32,000 nucleotides of DNA from Nostoc sp. PCC 7120 = FACHB-418. Its GTDB lineage: Bacteria > Cyanobacteriota > Cyanobacteriia > Cyanobacteriales > Nostocaceae. Location: the NCBI RefSeq assembly GCF_000009705.1, contig NC_003272.1, forward strand, positions 1,350,001 through 1,382,000, written 5' to 3'. The translations under genes and the position numbers were made by a program. Below are positions 1 through 7,903 of the stretch, piece after piece (the stretch's first letter is position 1; each line of letters opens with the position of its first letter). Below the pieces are notes generated by a model, which saw nothing but the letters and a program-made list of their open reading frames with translations, made no database searches and was not told where the DNA came from.

Positions 1-270
1 AATCATCAAATGTTCGTATTAAGACTACGGGATGAAATTACTGCTAGTGCCAGCTTACATTTGGTGCAATATGTTAGTGAAGTTAATCAAAGAGTCAATG
101 CCGAATTAGATGGAATTTTAGATCAAATTATTCCCACCTTGCAAAATATCTCCAAAAAAGATGGCTTGCTGAGGTTTATTGCTGCTGGCGATACTCAATC
201 ATCGGGTGCAGTTCCAGTTTGGTTACAAAATCTCTCGGAAATTGCCGATTTAGCAGTCAAATATCAGTAA
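1..270 (+). CDS. 3' end of an unidentified protein (CDS open at the window edge)
   Basis: The frame of ORF 10..270 stays open back to nt 1 (aat cat caa atg), so the gene probably starts upstream of the window. I recognise no motif. It ends 51 nt before the Hsp70-like gene on the same strand. Confidence 0.5.
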   Translation, partial: NHQMFVLRLRDEITASASLHLVQYVSEVNQRVNAELDGILDQIIPTLQNISKKDGLLRFIAAGDTQSSGAVPVWLQNLSEIADLAVKYQ

Positions 271-320
271 TTAGTAATTAGTAGCCACCACTAATTACGA
301 CTGCATAGGGAACCGATCAA

Positions 321-3300
321 ATGCCTGTAAAAATTCAGCTTGCACCACGCTTTCAGATGCGGGTTAATGAAAAAAAATATCTGGAACTTCCCACGATTCA
401 ATTAATTGGTACTGGGAACAATGTCCCCCATATTTCCCGCATAACCTGCACTGTCAAAGGCGCATCAAGTGAATTGGCATTAAAAATAGAAAAATCCTAT
501 AGACAATTTGAATCTGCTACACCAAAAATTTCTCAAATTGGGCAATTAGAGCAGTATCCTTGTAAACTAGAGCAAACTTTCACACAAGCCATCAACTGTA
601 ATTTACAAGTAATTGTTGAATATTTCGATTCCGATTTATCAGGAAATCCCCTGCTATCTGCACGCAAAAAAATAGCAGCTTATTGTCATCTGTGGTCACT
701 ACCTATGAAACCAACAACACAACCAGATAATACCCAAGAAATCCGTAATCATGAAAAACAACCCGATATTAAACAACGGAAAAGATTCCCCGGTTGGTTT
801 GCTTTAGACTTCGGTACATCTAATTCTACGGTGACACTTTTTGACCCAATTGAAGTGCCAATTGCCGAAGTTTTACCGAGAGAACAGGAGTTAAGATTAC
901 GCGATCGCCTATCTCAATGGTTGAGTTCTCCGGCTGCTATTGCCTTACCAGAAGCAAGCGCCAGTGAATGGGATAAGTTTACCCTTGATATTAGTAAAAA
1001 TTTAGAAATCGACCCTAGTAACTTACATGAAGTTTTTCAAACTGATAATAAAGAAAGATTTTTAGAAGCGATTCGACAAATAGAATTATGTTTAGGAAAT
1101 AGTGATAGATTTCGTCACGCTATCAGCAGAAAATTATATAATATCTACCATGAAGTTTTTCGTGTACCTACCTTAGAATCACAAAATCTCATTCCTGTAG
1201 TCTTAGATATTGACCGCCGCGATACAGAAATTCCCAGCGAGTTAGAAATCTCCAGTTTGACAGATTTAAATATTCGCATGGGTAGGGAAGCAAGAGACAA
1301 TCGCAAAAAGGCGATCGCTCAAGGAACCAGCAGTTCTCTCAAAGAAATTATCAGCAGATTTCACCATTCACCAAAACGTTACTTTGGACAAAAGCGTGAT
1401 TTCTCAGTTATTTTAGATGGCGCAGAAGAAACAATTAATGTTAATCAACTTGTACAAGCAGCTTGGTCACATTTAATTGATTTAACTGAAGATTATCGCC
1501 AACGCGCCAGACGCAGATTTTCTGACGGGGAATTTTTAACCGCAGTTGTCACCTACCCCACAGTTGCACCGCCAGTAGTGCGGAAAGAAGTCAAAGAATT
1601 AGTTGAACAATTAGGGATAGATGACGTACAAACTGCCTATGATGAAGCGGTATCTGTAGCCATCTTCTTTCTATGGCGTGAGTTTGGTGGTAATCTCAAC
1701 ATTGGCATTGAGTCTTTTAAAACTCGTTGCCGTCAAGAGAAAAATAAATGGTCGCAAAACGTTCTCGTCTTAGATATTGGTGGCGGAACCACAGACTTAG
1801 CTTTAATTGAACTCACCCTAGAAGATAAAACACCATTCTTTAGTAGTAATGAAGATAGAGGCTTAGGCGGACGTTATTATAAACTCACGCCGAAACTGCT
1901 GGGTTCCTCTGGACATTTACAACTGGGTGGCGAATTAATCACCTTGCGCGTGTATAGATTGTTAAAAGTGGCGATCGCTGATACTTTACTCACAGCAATT
2001 AGTTTTGGTAAAATCGAAAGCGACAAACTAGAAGATTTAATTAGCTCGGAATTAAACGAACGCTTTTTAGAAAAAGGCAAATTCAAAAGCGGTAGTCTAC
2101 TGAAATGTTTAGATAAAGAAAATCCTGAAGGTGATGCTGCTTATAAAGATGCCTTAGATACAGCCGAGAAAGTCATCCCCACCCGTTGGCAACAAGCACC
2201 CCAACGCCTGCAAACCTTCTATACTTTATGGGATCATGCAGAAGCAGCCAAGCTCAAATTAGGGCAAAAAGCACCCGATGATGTTTCTCCCCTTACCTTT
2301 ACCCTCTCTGAACAGCAAATTGCTGAACTGCTAACCCAAAGCGCCATCAAATTCCAAGTCAAAGAATTAGATACTCTCCACGTCACCTTAGACACCCAAC
2401 AATTTGAACGCGCCGCCGCCTCAGCCATTAAAGAGGCGATAGGGATAGCTAAAGGCTTGATGGAAAGCCGTTTACGTTCCGAAGACAACAATATAGACCC
2501 CTGGAACACCCATAAAGTTGATTGGTTAATTCTCTCCGGTAAAACTTGCAACCTCGACCTAGTACAACGCCACATCTACCAGGAATTTAGCAACTCTCCC
2601 CATTTCGTCTGGAATCCCGAACGCATCACCTTTGTTTTGGAATATACCAAACTAGCCACCTCCGCCGGTGCTTGCTACGCCGAGAAACTGCGGAGACTAA
2701 GATTTGACCCCGAAGAATCCAAAGGACTGTTACGTAAAGGCGCTAACCAATTAGAAATAGATGTCAAAAACCTCTTTTATTACCTCCCCTGCAACTTCAA
2801 ACGCAAAACCCAAAGCAACGACCTCCTCACAGTATTCAAAGCTGGACAGGAACTATACCAACTCACACCAGGGGAAAACGTCGCCAAAGTCCGCACCGAA
2901 TGGCAAGGGATACAGTTAACCAACATCATTTACCGCCAAGACTACGAAGACGGAGACTTACGCCTGTGGGGTAGCTTCGACGGCAAAACCCTCATGGAAA
3001 AATTGGCAATGGAGGAAGGGGAATTTCTACGAAAAATTAAAGTCCAGTTTGAAATTGACCAGACCTTACAATTTAACGTCCTCCTGTGTCAAGGAAACCC
3101 CCATTATCTAATTGATGTTCCCGGTATTGATGTCAATTCAGCTATCTCAGCCGTATCCAACGCATCCACCCTATTTGCTGACGGTAACTTGAAGTGGAAT
3201 ATCGCCGTTGAACGTCCAGACAAAGATTTAAATGATGGTGATATTGCTGTCAATGTAATTGAATCAGCCACGGTAGATCAACCAGATGCTTATCATTTGG

Positions 3301-3707
3301 TCTTTGAAGTAGACAAAAATCCTAACAAATCCCTGCAAACCTTCCATTATCTCCACGATGGTTCACCCCATCCAGGTGCAGGCTTAATTAGTAACCCCCT
3401 TCCCCCCTTCCCCCAAACCGGACAACACACCTTTTATGTTTACCAAACCGACACCCAAACCAACACCAAAAAATGGATACGTATAGGCGCACTCCGCAAA
3501 CCAGATGTCAACACAGACTATCCTTGCCAATATCGCGTTACCCTCGACAATCGAGGAATTTTACGCATCCACGCGGGTGATGTACCTTACTGGACATCCA
3601 CAAGCGCAGAATGTCTCCAACAGGAAGGTTGTGTTTACTGTGCTGAATTGGATTTGCAACCTAATGAGGTGGATAAGGAACGTGACCCTTTCTGTGGAAT
3701 ACATTAG
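321..3707 (+). CDS. Atypical giant Hsp70-superfamily ATPase (complete Hsp70-type NBD, non-canonical N- and C-terminal domains)
   Basis: Phosphate-1 motif DFGTSNS at aa 163-169 (nt 807-827). TYPTVAPPVVRKEV..YDEAVSVAIFF matches the DnaK segment ITVPAYF..NEPTAAALAY. Phosphate-2 motif VLVLDIGGGTTD is at nt 1773-1796. LGGELIT is present, as is the adenosine motif DWLILSGKTCNLDLVQ (from nt 2520). No DnaK-like substrate-binding or lid sequence is recognisable in aa ~800-1128. Confidence 0.8.
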   Translation: MPVKIQLAPRFQMRVNEKKYLELPTIQLIGTGNNVPHISRITCTVKGASSELALKIEKSYRQFESATPKISQIGQLEQYPCKLEQTFTQAINCNLQVIVEYFDSDLSGNPLLSARKKIAAYCHLWSLPMKPTTQPDNTQEIRNHEKQPDIKQRKRFPGWFALDFGTSNSTVTLFDPIEVPIAEVLPREQELRLRDRLSQWLSSPAAIALPEASASEWDKFTLDISKNLEIDPSNLHEVFQTDNKERFLEAIRQIELCLGNSDRFRHAISRKLYNIYHEVFRVPTLESQNLIPVVLDIDRRDTEIPSELEISSLTDLNIRMGREARDNRKKAIAQGTSSSLKEIISRFHHSPKRYFGQKRDFSVILDGAEETINVNQLVQAAWSHLIDLTEDYRQRARRRFSDGEFLTAVVTYPTVAPPVVRKEVKELVEQLGIDDVQTAYDEAVSVAIFFLWREFGGNLNIGIESFKTRCRQEKNKWSQNVLVLDIGGGTTDLALIELTLEDKTPFFSSNEDRGLGGRYYKLTPKLLGSSGHLQLGGELITLRVYRLLKVAIADTLLTAISFGKIESDKLEDLISSELNERFLEKGKFKSGSLLKCLDKENPEGDAAYKDALDTAEKVIPTRWQQAPQRLQTFYTLWDHAEAAKLKLGQKAPDDVSPLTFTLSEQQIAELLTQSAIKFQVKELDTLHVTLDTQQFERAAASAIKEAIGIAKGLMESRLRSEDNNIDPWNTHKVDWLILSGKTCNLDLVQRHIYQEFSNSPHFVWNPERITFVLEYTKLATSAGACYAEKLRRLRFDPEESKGLLRKGANQLEIDVKNLFYYLPCNFKRKTQSNDLLTVFKAGQELYQLTPGENVAKVRTEWQGIQLTNIIYRQDYEDGDLRLWGSFDGKTLMEKLAMEEGEFLRKIKVQFEIDQTLQFNVLLCQGNPHYLIDVPGIDVNSAISAVSNASTLFADGNLKWNIAVERPDKDLNDGDIAVNVIESATVDQPDAYHLVFEVDKNPNKSLQTFHYLHDGSPHPGAGLISNPLPPFPQTGQHTFYVYQTDTQTNTKKWIRIGALRKPDVNTDYPCQYRVTLDNRGILRIHAGDVPYWTSTSAECLQQEGCVYCAELDLQPNEVDKERDPFCGIH

Positions 3708-3718
3708 TGCAAATTTAA

Positions 3719-3823
3719 ACGCAGAGGGGTGATGAGGTAGGCGCGGAGGTACGCGGAGAGTTATACAAAATCTTTCTTTGCGTCTCTGGCTACTGAGCGA
3801 AGTCGAAGTATGCGCCTCTGCGT
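3719..3823. repeat. Inverted repeat in the intergenic spacer (perfect 9-bp arms ACGCAGAGG / CCTCTGCGT, 87 nt apart)
   Basis: Arms at 3719-3727 and 3815-3823 are exact reverse complements. The interior holds the GC-rich near-duplicate gcgcggagg/acgcggagag. It could be a MITE-like element or a structured intercistronic RNA. Confidence 0.5.
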
Positions 3824-3845
3824 GAGATAAAAAAAGGAATTACTA

Positions 3846-4940
3846 ATGCAGCACTTATATCAGTTACTAGCAACAAAAAACTCGGAATTAGCGCGATTAT
3901 TGCGATATGGTTTGTATGGGCTAGAGGCTTCCCTGAAAAAAGCCCAAGCAGAATTTCCGCAAGACCCAGGCGCAAAGGTATGTGATGAAGTGCTGCAAGA
4001 ACTGCGCTATCTTCTACAGCCAGAAAAACAGGCGGTAGCTATCATCCAGCAACCAGATGAGTTCAAGCTAAATCATCTGCGAGAGGCTTTTGATTCTGAC
4101 TCAGAACTTGGCTTATATCTGGGTGATTCCTTGTTACAAAGTCATACAGATGCGGATTTATGGAACGAAATTCACCGCAAATTATTACGAGTTCCCGAAG
4201 ATTTAGCACAAATTTGGCGACAACGAGCTTTAGATTTGGCTCAAGAAATGGGCGCGATGGAAAATAATGAATATGTCTATCACCTGCCTTTTATCCGCAA
4301 TGAAATTATCTACCCCGGATTAAGTGGTAGTGTTAATGTTCAAGGTTTATGCTTATCACAAAAAGCATTTTTCCAGAATAATGTTATTCAAAACTATGCT
4401 TCTGAAGAACTACATTTATTAGCTAGTTTCCTACTTTTATGGTGTAAGTTTATTGAAATAGAACCCGATTTACATCATGCGCTCAAAAGCGTTTTTAGTT
4501 TTGACTTTGTTCCTTTACATTCCCAACCAGACCAACAAAACCAATATATTGATGCTTTGGTTGACCGCTTTCAACGCACAAAAAAAGCCGAAGAAATTGC
4601 CGAACCTTTATTAACTCTACGCGCTTGGATTGACATGGATGAAGCAATCAATTCTTTGGTATTTGTACCACCATCTGAGCGTTATTCCTGGTGGGGGAAG
4701 CTACAACAAGAATCAAGACGCGCTCTCAAAAAAGTAGCCGATAGAGCCACTAATGCAGGTTATGAAGTGCGGATTCGCCAATTGACGGGAATTTACGCTG
4801 ATATTTGTGCTTTTTCTAAAGATGACTTGCAATTAGACTGCGGTGGTATTCCTGGGGAAGTTTTGACTTGTTTGCGAGTCTATGCACGCATTAACCAAGA
4901 GGAAATCCCTGGTCGTGTTATCTTTCGTTCGTCAAGGTAG
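3846..4940 (+). CDS. Hypothetical protein, 364 aa, no recognisable domain; probable partner of the Hsp70-like ATPase
   Basis: A long ORF on the same strand, 139 nt downstream of the Hsp70-like gene, with no competing ORF of similar size. No J-domain HPD motif and no nucleotide-binding motif was seen. Confidence 0.65.
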   Translation: MQHLYQLLATKNSELARLLRYGLYGLEASLKKAQAEFPQDPGAKVCDEVLQELRYLLQPEKQAVAIIQQPDEFKLNHLREAFDSDSELGLYLGDSLLQSHTDADLWNEIHRKLLRVPEDLAQIWRQRALDLAQEMGAMENNEYVYHLPFIRNEIIYPGLSGSVNVQGLCLSQKAFFQNNVIQNYASEELHLLASFLLLWCKFIEIEPDLHHALKSVFSFDFVPLHSQPDQQNQYIDALVDRFQRTKKAEEIAEPLLTLRAWIDMDEAINSLVFVPPSERYSWWGKLQQESRRALKKVADRATNAGYEVRIRQLTGIYADICAFSKDDLQLDCGGIPGEVLTCLRVYARINQEEIPGRVIFRSSR

Positions 4941-4950
4941 AAAAGGCAGA

Positions 4951-4985
4951 GGGAATCAATTCAAAATTCAAAATTCAAAATTAAG
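4951..4985. repeat. Heptamer tandem repeat (AATTCAA x3 plus degenerate flanking units), STRR-like
   Basis: Exact AATTCAA units at 4958-4964, 4965-4971 and 4972-4978, followed by a partial unit aattaag. Confidence 0.8.
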
Positions 4986-5018
4986 AAATAATGTTTTCTC
5001 ACTTCCCTACTTTCTATA

Positions 5019-5507
5019 TCAATAGCGGAGTCCAATGGTGAGCAATGCTGATGCTGCAAGTGCTGCGGCTGTGCGAATGTGGTTCCAGAATGTCCAGTTA
5101 GTCAGGTAGCTAGTCCAAAGTTTCACGCCATCAGTGCTATCTGGATTAGCGATCGCCAGCGCTTCGTTTAGCGGTACATTAAATACGATGGTCACGCCGA
5201 ATGTACCAACAAGATAAAGTAAGCTAGCAACAAGCAAATAAACGGCATTGGGTTGATGCCACCCTAACAGCGAGGAAATTAAAAGAATAATACACGCCAC
5301 GCCTGTTCCCAGAAACGCCGTCATAAACAATGGGTTAATCACCGTAATATTAATGGACTGCATAGCGGCAATGCCCTGGGTGGGTTGAAGTCTGGCAAGA
5401 GCGTTCATGACAAAGGTGGAGAAAGCGAAGAAGACTCCAGCCATCAGCCCGCAGCCTAGTACTGCAAAAAGCTCCAGTATGGAAAACAAGTTGTCAACAG
5501 TTGCCAT
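5019..5507 (-). CDS. DUF1772-family (anthrone-oxygenase-like) integral membrane protein
   Basis: 162 aa with about four hydrophobic helices. The N-terminal GCGLMAGVFFAFSTFVMNAL pattern is typical of DUF1772 proteins. Confidence 0.65.
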   Translation of the reverse strand: MATVDNLFSILELFAVLGCGLMAGVFFAFSTFVMNALARLQPTQGIAAMQSINITVINPLFMTAFLGTGVACIILLISSLLGWHQPNAVYLLVASLLYLVGTFGVTIVFNVPLNEALAIANPDSTDGVKLWTSYLTNWTFWNHIRTAAALAASALLTIGLRY

Positions 5508-5579
5508 AAAGCGGTCTGTAAATTACTTCTCAACGCCTTGATTAGTAGTCAACCTCCTTGTGAAAATTGATTTTCTCAG

Positions 5580-5996
5580 TTAGAAGATTGCCAAAGTAAT
5601 CAAAGCAACCAAGCAGACTAACTGAATCACTAGACTTGAGAGCCGAAACACTGGATTTAGTCCGGCTATATGAATTAATGAATGCACAAGTCGAAATAGG
5701 ATGTATACAACAACCAGTGAATCTACCACTGTTCCCGATACGCCTCGAACTGTTAGAAGAAACACAACTCCTATATACAAAGGTAGGTTTTCTACTAAGT
5801 TGGACTGCACTCGAAATAGTCGCCAAAGCAAACTCTCCTCATTTGGTGTTCCAAAATCCTTTGGAGAACCACCAGTAGATAAATGCCGAATCCTAACTGC
5901 TAGCAGAAACACAACAACAGCAATTGTCCAGATAACAAAAATTGCTAGACCCCATAAGGGGACGGTCATATCAGTAGTAACCATGACTGAACTCAT
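5580..5996 (-). CDS. MAPEG-family membrane protein (microsomal glutathione-S-transferase-like)
   Basis: 138 aa with four predicted TM helices. The motif RVQSNLVENLPLY matches the MAPEG N-x-x-E-N-x-P signature. The overlapping + strand ORFs have no membrane or domain logic. Confidence 0.65.
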   Translation of the reverse strand: MSSVMVTTDMTVPLWGLAIFVIWTIAVVVFLLAVRIRHLSTGGSPKDFGTPNEESLLWRLFRVQSNLVENLPLYIGVVFLLTVRGVSGTVVDSLVVVYILFRLVHSLIHIAGLNPVFRLSSLVIQLVCLVALITLAIF

Positions 5997-6142
5997 ACAC
6001 TAACGGACTAATGCAACTTTAGCGTTTATCTCACTAATTGGTCTTTAAATACTGCGGCGATGACAGACAGGTGGTCGTAGAGCATCGCTTTTCTAGACGT
6101 ATACTATTTTTAATATTTCTTCATATTATGATTCAGTACTCA

Positions 6143-6865
6143 CTACTCACCAGAGAAGAATAAAGGTAAAACTAGGGCTGCAAAAATTCCCACTAGCACA
6201 ATTATTTCAATTACTCTGAGAGGGAAATTATTCTGCATGAAATTATTAATTCCTCCGCCAAAATTAGCTGATAAATCACTCAACCAATTTTGCAAACGAC
6301 TAGACCATTTTTTTGGGCTATCTTCTGGGCGTACCTGCCAAGAAAATATGGACAGTAACAACGGCACACCACCCACTTTAATAGACATTAAAATGTGAAT
6401 TGCTAAACAGGCAACCATGACAACCCAACCAATTAGATGCAGGTAGTACCAAGCATGATTTAACTCTCCTGTGGGGAGCCATTCCTCTTTCATCATTCTG
6501 CCAGACAACACAGCTAAAACTGCCGCAATTAGCATGAGTGTATTGGCAATTCTTTGTAAACTTACCCACCAAATCGGTCTACCAAATTGAGTTAAGTTCT
6601 GTAAAGAATCCTGTTGTAATAGCTTGCGGTTTCCTGCATGAAAGCTATAGAGGGCTAGCGCCGGGAACACAAAGAAGAAAAAGACTGCAAATGTGCCGTG
6701 AACATCTATACTTTCCCCAACGCGGGGGATGGGTAACTTGCCAAATCTGCCATCGAAGGTATTGTAAACTAAAAAACCTGTGATGATGGCGGCGATCGCT
6801 AAAATTCCACTCACACCATGAAGAATCTTTAACAACAACGGCTGATAGGGCGCAGAACGGGACAT
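6143..6865 (-). CDS. Polytopic membrane protein, possibly cytochrome b561/b-type di-haem family
   Basis: 240 aa with five or more hydrophobic helices. His residues sit inside helices (ILHGVSG, DVHGTF, YYLHLIGW, AIHILMS), as in bacterial cytochrome b561-like proteins. The family assignment is tentative. Confidence 0.4.
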   Translation of the reverse strand: MSRSAPYQPLLLKILHGVSGILAIAAIITGFLVYNTFDGRFGKLPIPRVGESIDVHGTFAVFFFFVFPALALYSFHAGNRKLLQQDSLQNLTQFGRPIWWVSLQRIANTLMLIAAVLAVLSGRMMKEEWLPTGELNHAWYYLHLIGWVVMVACLAIHILMSIKVGGVPLLLSIFSWQVRPEDSPKKWSSRLQNWLSDLSANFGGGINNFMQNNFPLRVIEIIVLVGIFAALVLPLFFSGE

Positions 6866-6961
6866 AGTTATGACCTCCGTAGTTATTTTCAGTAGTTTTT
6901 CAAAAAATATTAGTTAGCTTGTCAATTATTAAGCGCAAATATTATCATATTTTGTCAGTTT

Positions 6962-7843
6962 ATGCTCAAAAGCCCACTCCGATATCCTGGCGGGAAATCA
7001 AAAGCTATCAAGCAAATAATTGAATATCTACCCGAAAGCTTTCATGAATATCGAGAACCGTTTGTAGGGGGTGGTTCTGTATTTATTTACTTAAAGCAAA
7101 AGTTTCCTGATTTGAAAATTTGGATTAATGATTTAAACACTGAATTATTTCTATTTTGGAAAATTGCCCAATCTGACCTATCTCAGCTAGTCAAAGAAAT
7201 ACGTCGAATTAAAGATAAATACCAAGATGGTAAATTACTGTTTTTAGAATTAACCACAGTTGATGTAATTAGCCTATCTGATTTAGACAGAGCAGTAAGA
7301 TTTTTTGTCCTCAACAGAATTACTTTCTCTGGTACTGTAGAATCAGGCGGTTTCTCTCAACAAGCTTTTCAAAAAAGGTTTACCCACTCCTCAATAGAAC
7401 GATTAGAGAAATTAGAAAATATACTAACTGAAGATATAAAAATTACTAATTTAGATTATAGTCAACTATTAAACAATGAACAAAATGATGTATTCATATT
7501 TTTAGACCCGCCATATTATAGCGCTACAAAATCTAGATTGTATGGTAAAGATGGGGAGTTACATACATCTTTTGAACATCAGAGATTTGCTGCATTATTG
7601 CAACAATGTCCTCAGCGCTGGCTAATTACCTACGACAACTCGCCGGAAATACGAGCTAATTTTTCATCTGCTCATATATACGAATGGGAATTGCAGTATG
7701 GCATGAATAACTATAAACAAAGCGGTGCTGCGAAGGGAAAAGAGTTATTTATTAGCAATTATGAAATCAAACATAATTTAAGTAAAATGGCAACAAATCA
7801 ACCTGATTTACAGTTAGAACTTAATATTTCAACCTCGCTTTGA
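6962..7843 (+). CDS. Dam-class (D12, alpha-type) N6-adenine DNA methyltransferase, orphan
   Basis: N-terminal LRYPGGKSK, the AdoMet motif EPFVGGGSVF and the catalytic DPPYY further downstream follow the D12/Dam motif order. No endonuclease-like ORF is adjacent. The gene is visibly more AT-rich than its neighbours. Confidence 0.8.
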   Translation: MLKSPLRYPGGKSKAIKQIIEYLPESFHEYREPFVGGGSVFIYLKQKFPDLKIWINDLNTELFLFWKIAQSDLSQLVKEIRRIKDKYQDGKLLFLELTTVDVISLSDLDRAVRFFVLNRITFSGTVESGGFSQQAFQKRFTHSSIERLEKLENILTEDIKITNLDYSQLLNNEQNDVFIFLDPPYYSATKSRLYGKDGELHTSFEHQRFAALLQQCPQRWLITYDNSPEIRANFSSAHIYEWELQYGMNNYKQSGAAKGKELFISNYEIKHNLSKMATNQPDLQLELNISTSL

Positions 7844-7903
7844 TGACAGTCGATTTTTCGGTAGGATAACTGCCATGCCTCTCAAAGTACACAAACTTGA
7901 GTT

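Noticed and set aside
1877-2575. Minus-strand ORFs 1877..2086 (69 aa) and 2234..2575 (113 aa) inside the Hsp70-like gene
   Set aside because: Both lie entirely antisense to a long ORF with strong family motifs. Their translations are low complexity with no motif, as expected for shadow ORFs.
5542-6003. ORFs 5542..5826 (-), 5636..5878 (+) and 5701..6003 (+) overlapping the MAPEG gene
   Set aside because: Only the 5580..5996 minus-strand frame gives a coherent four-helix membrane protein with the MAPEG N-x-x-E-N-x-P motif. The others are Ser/Thr/Arg-rich with no structural logic.
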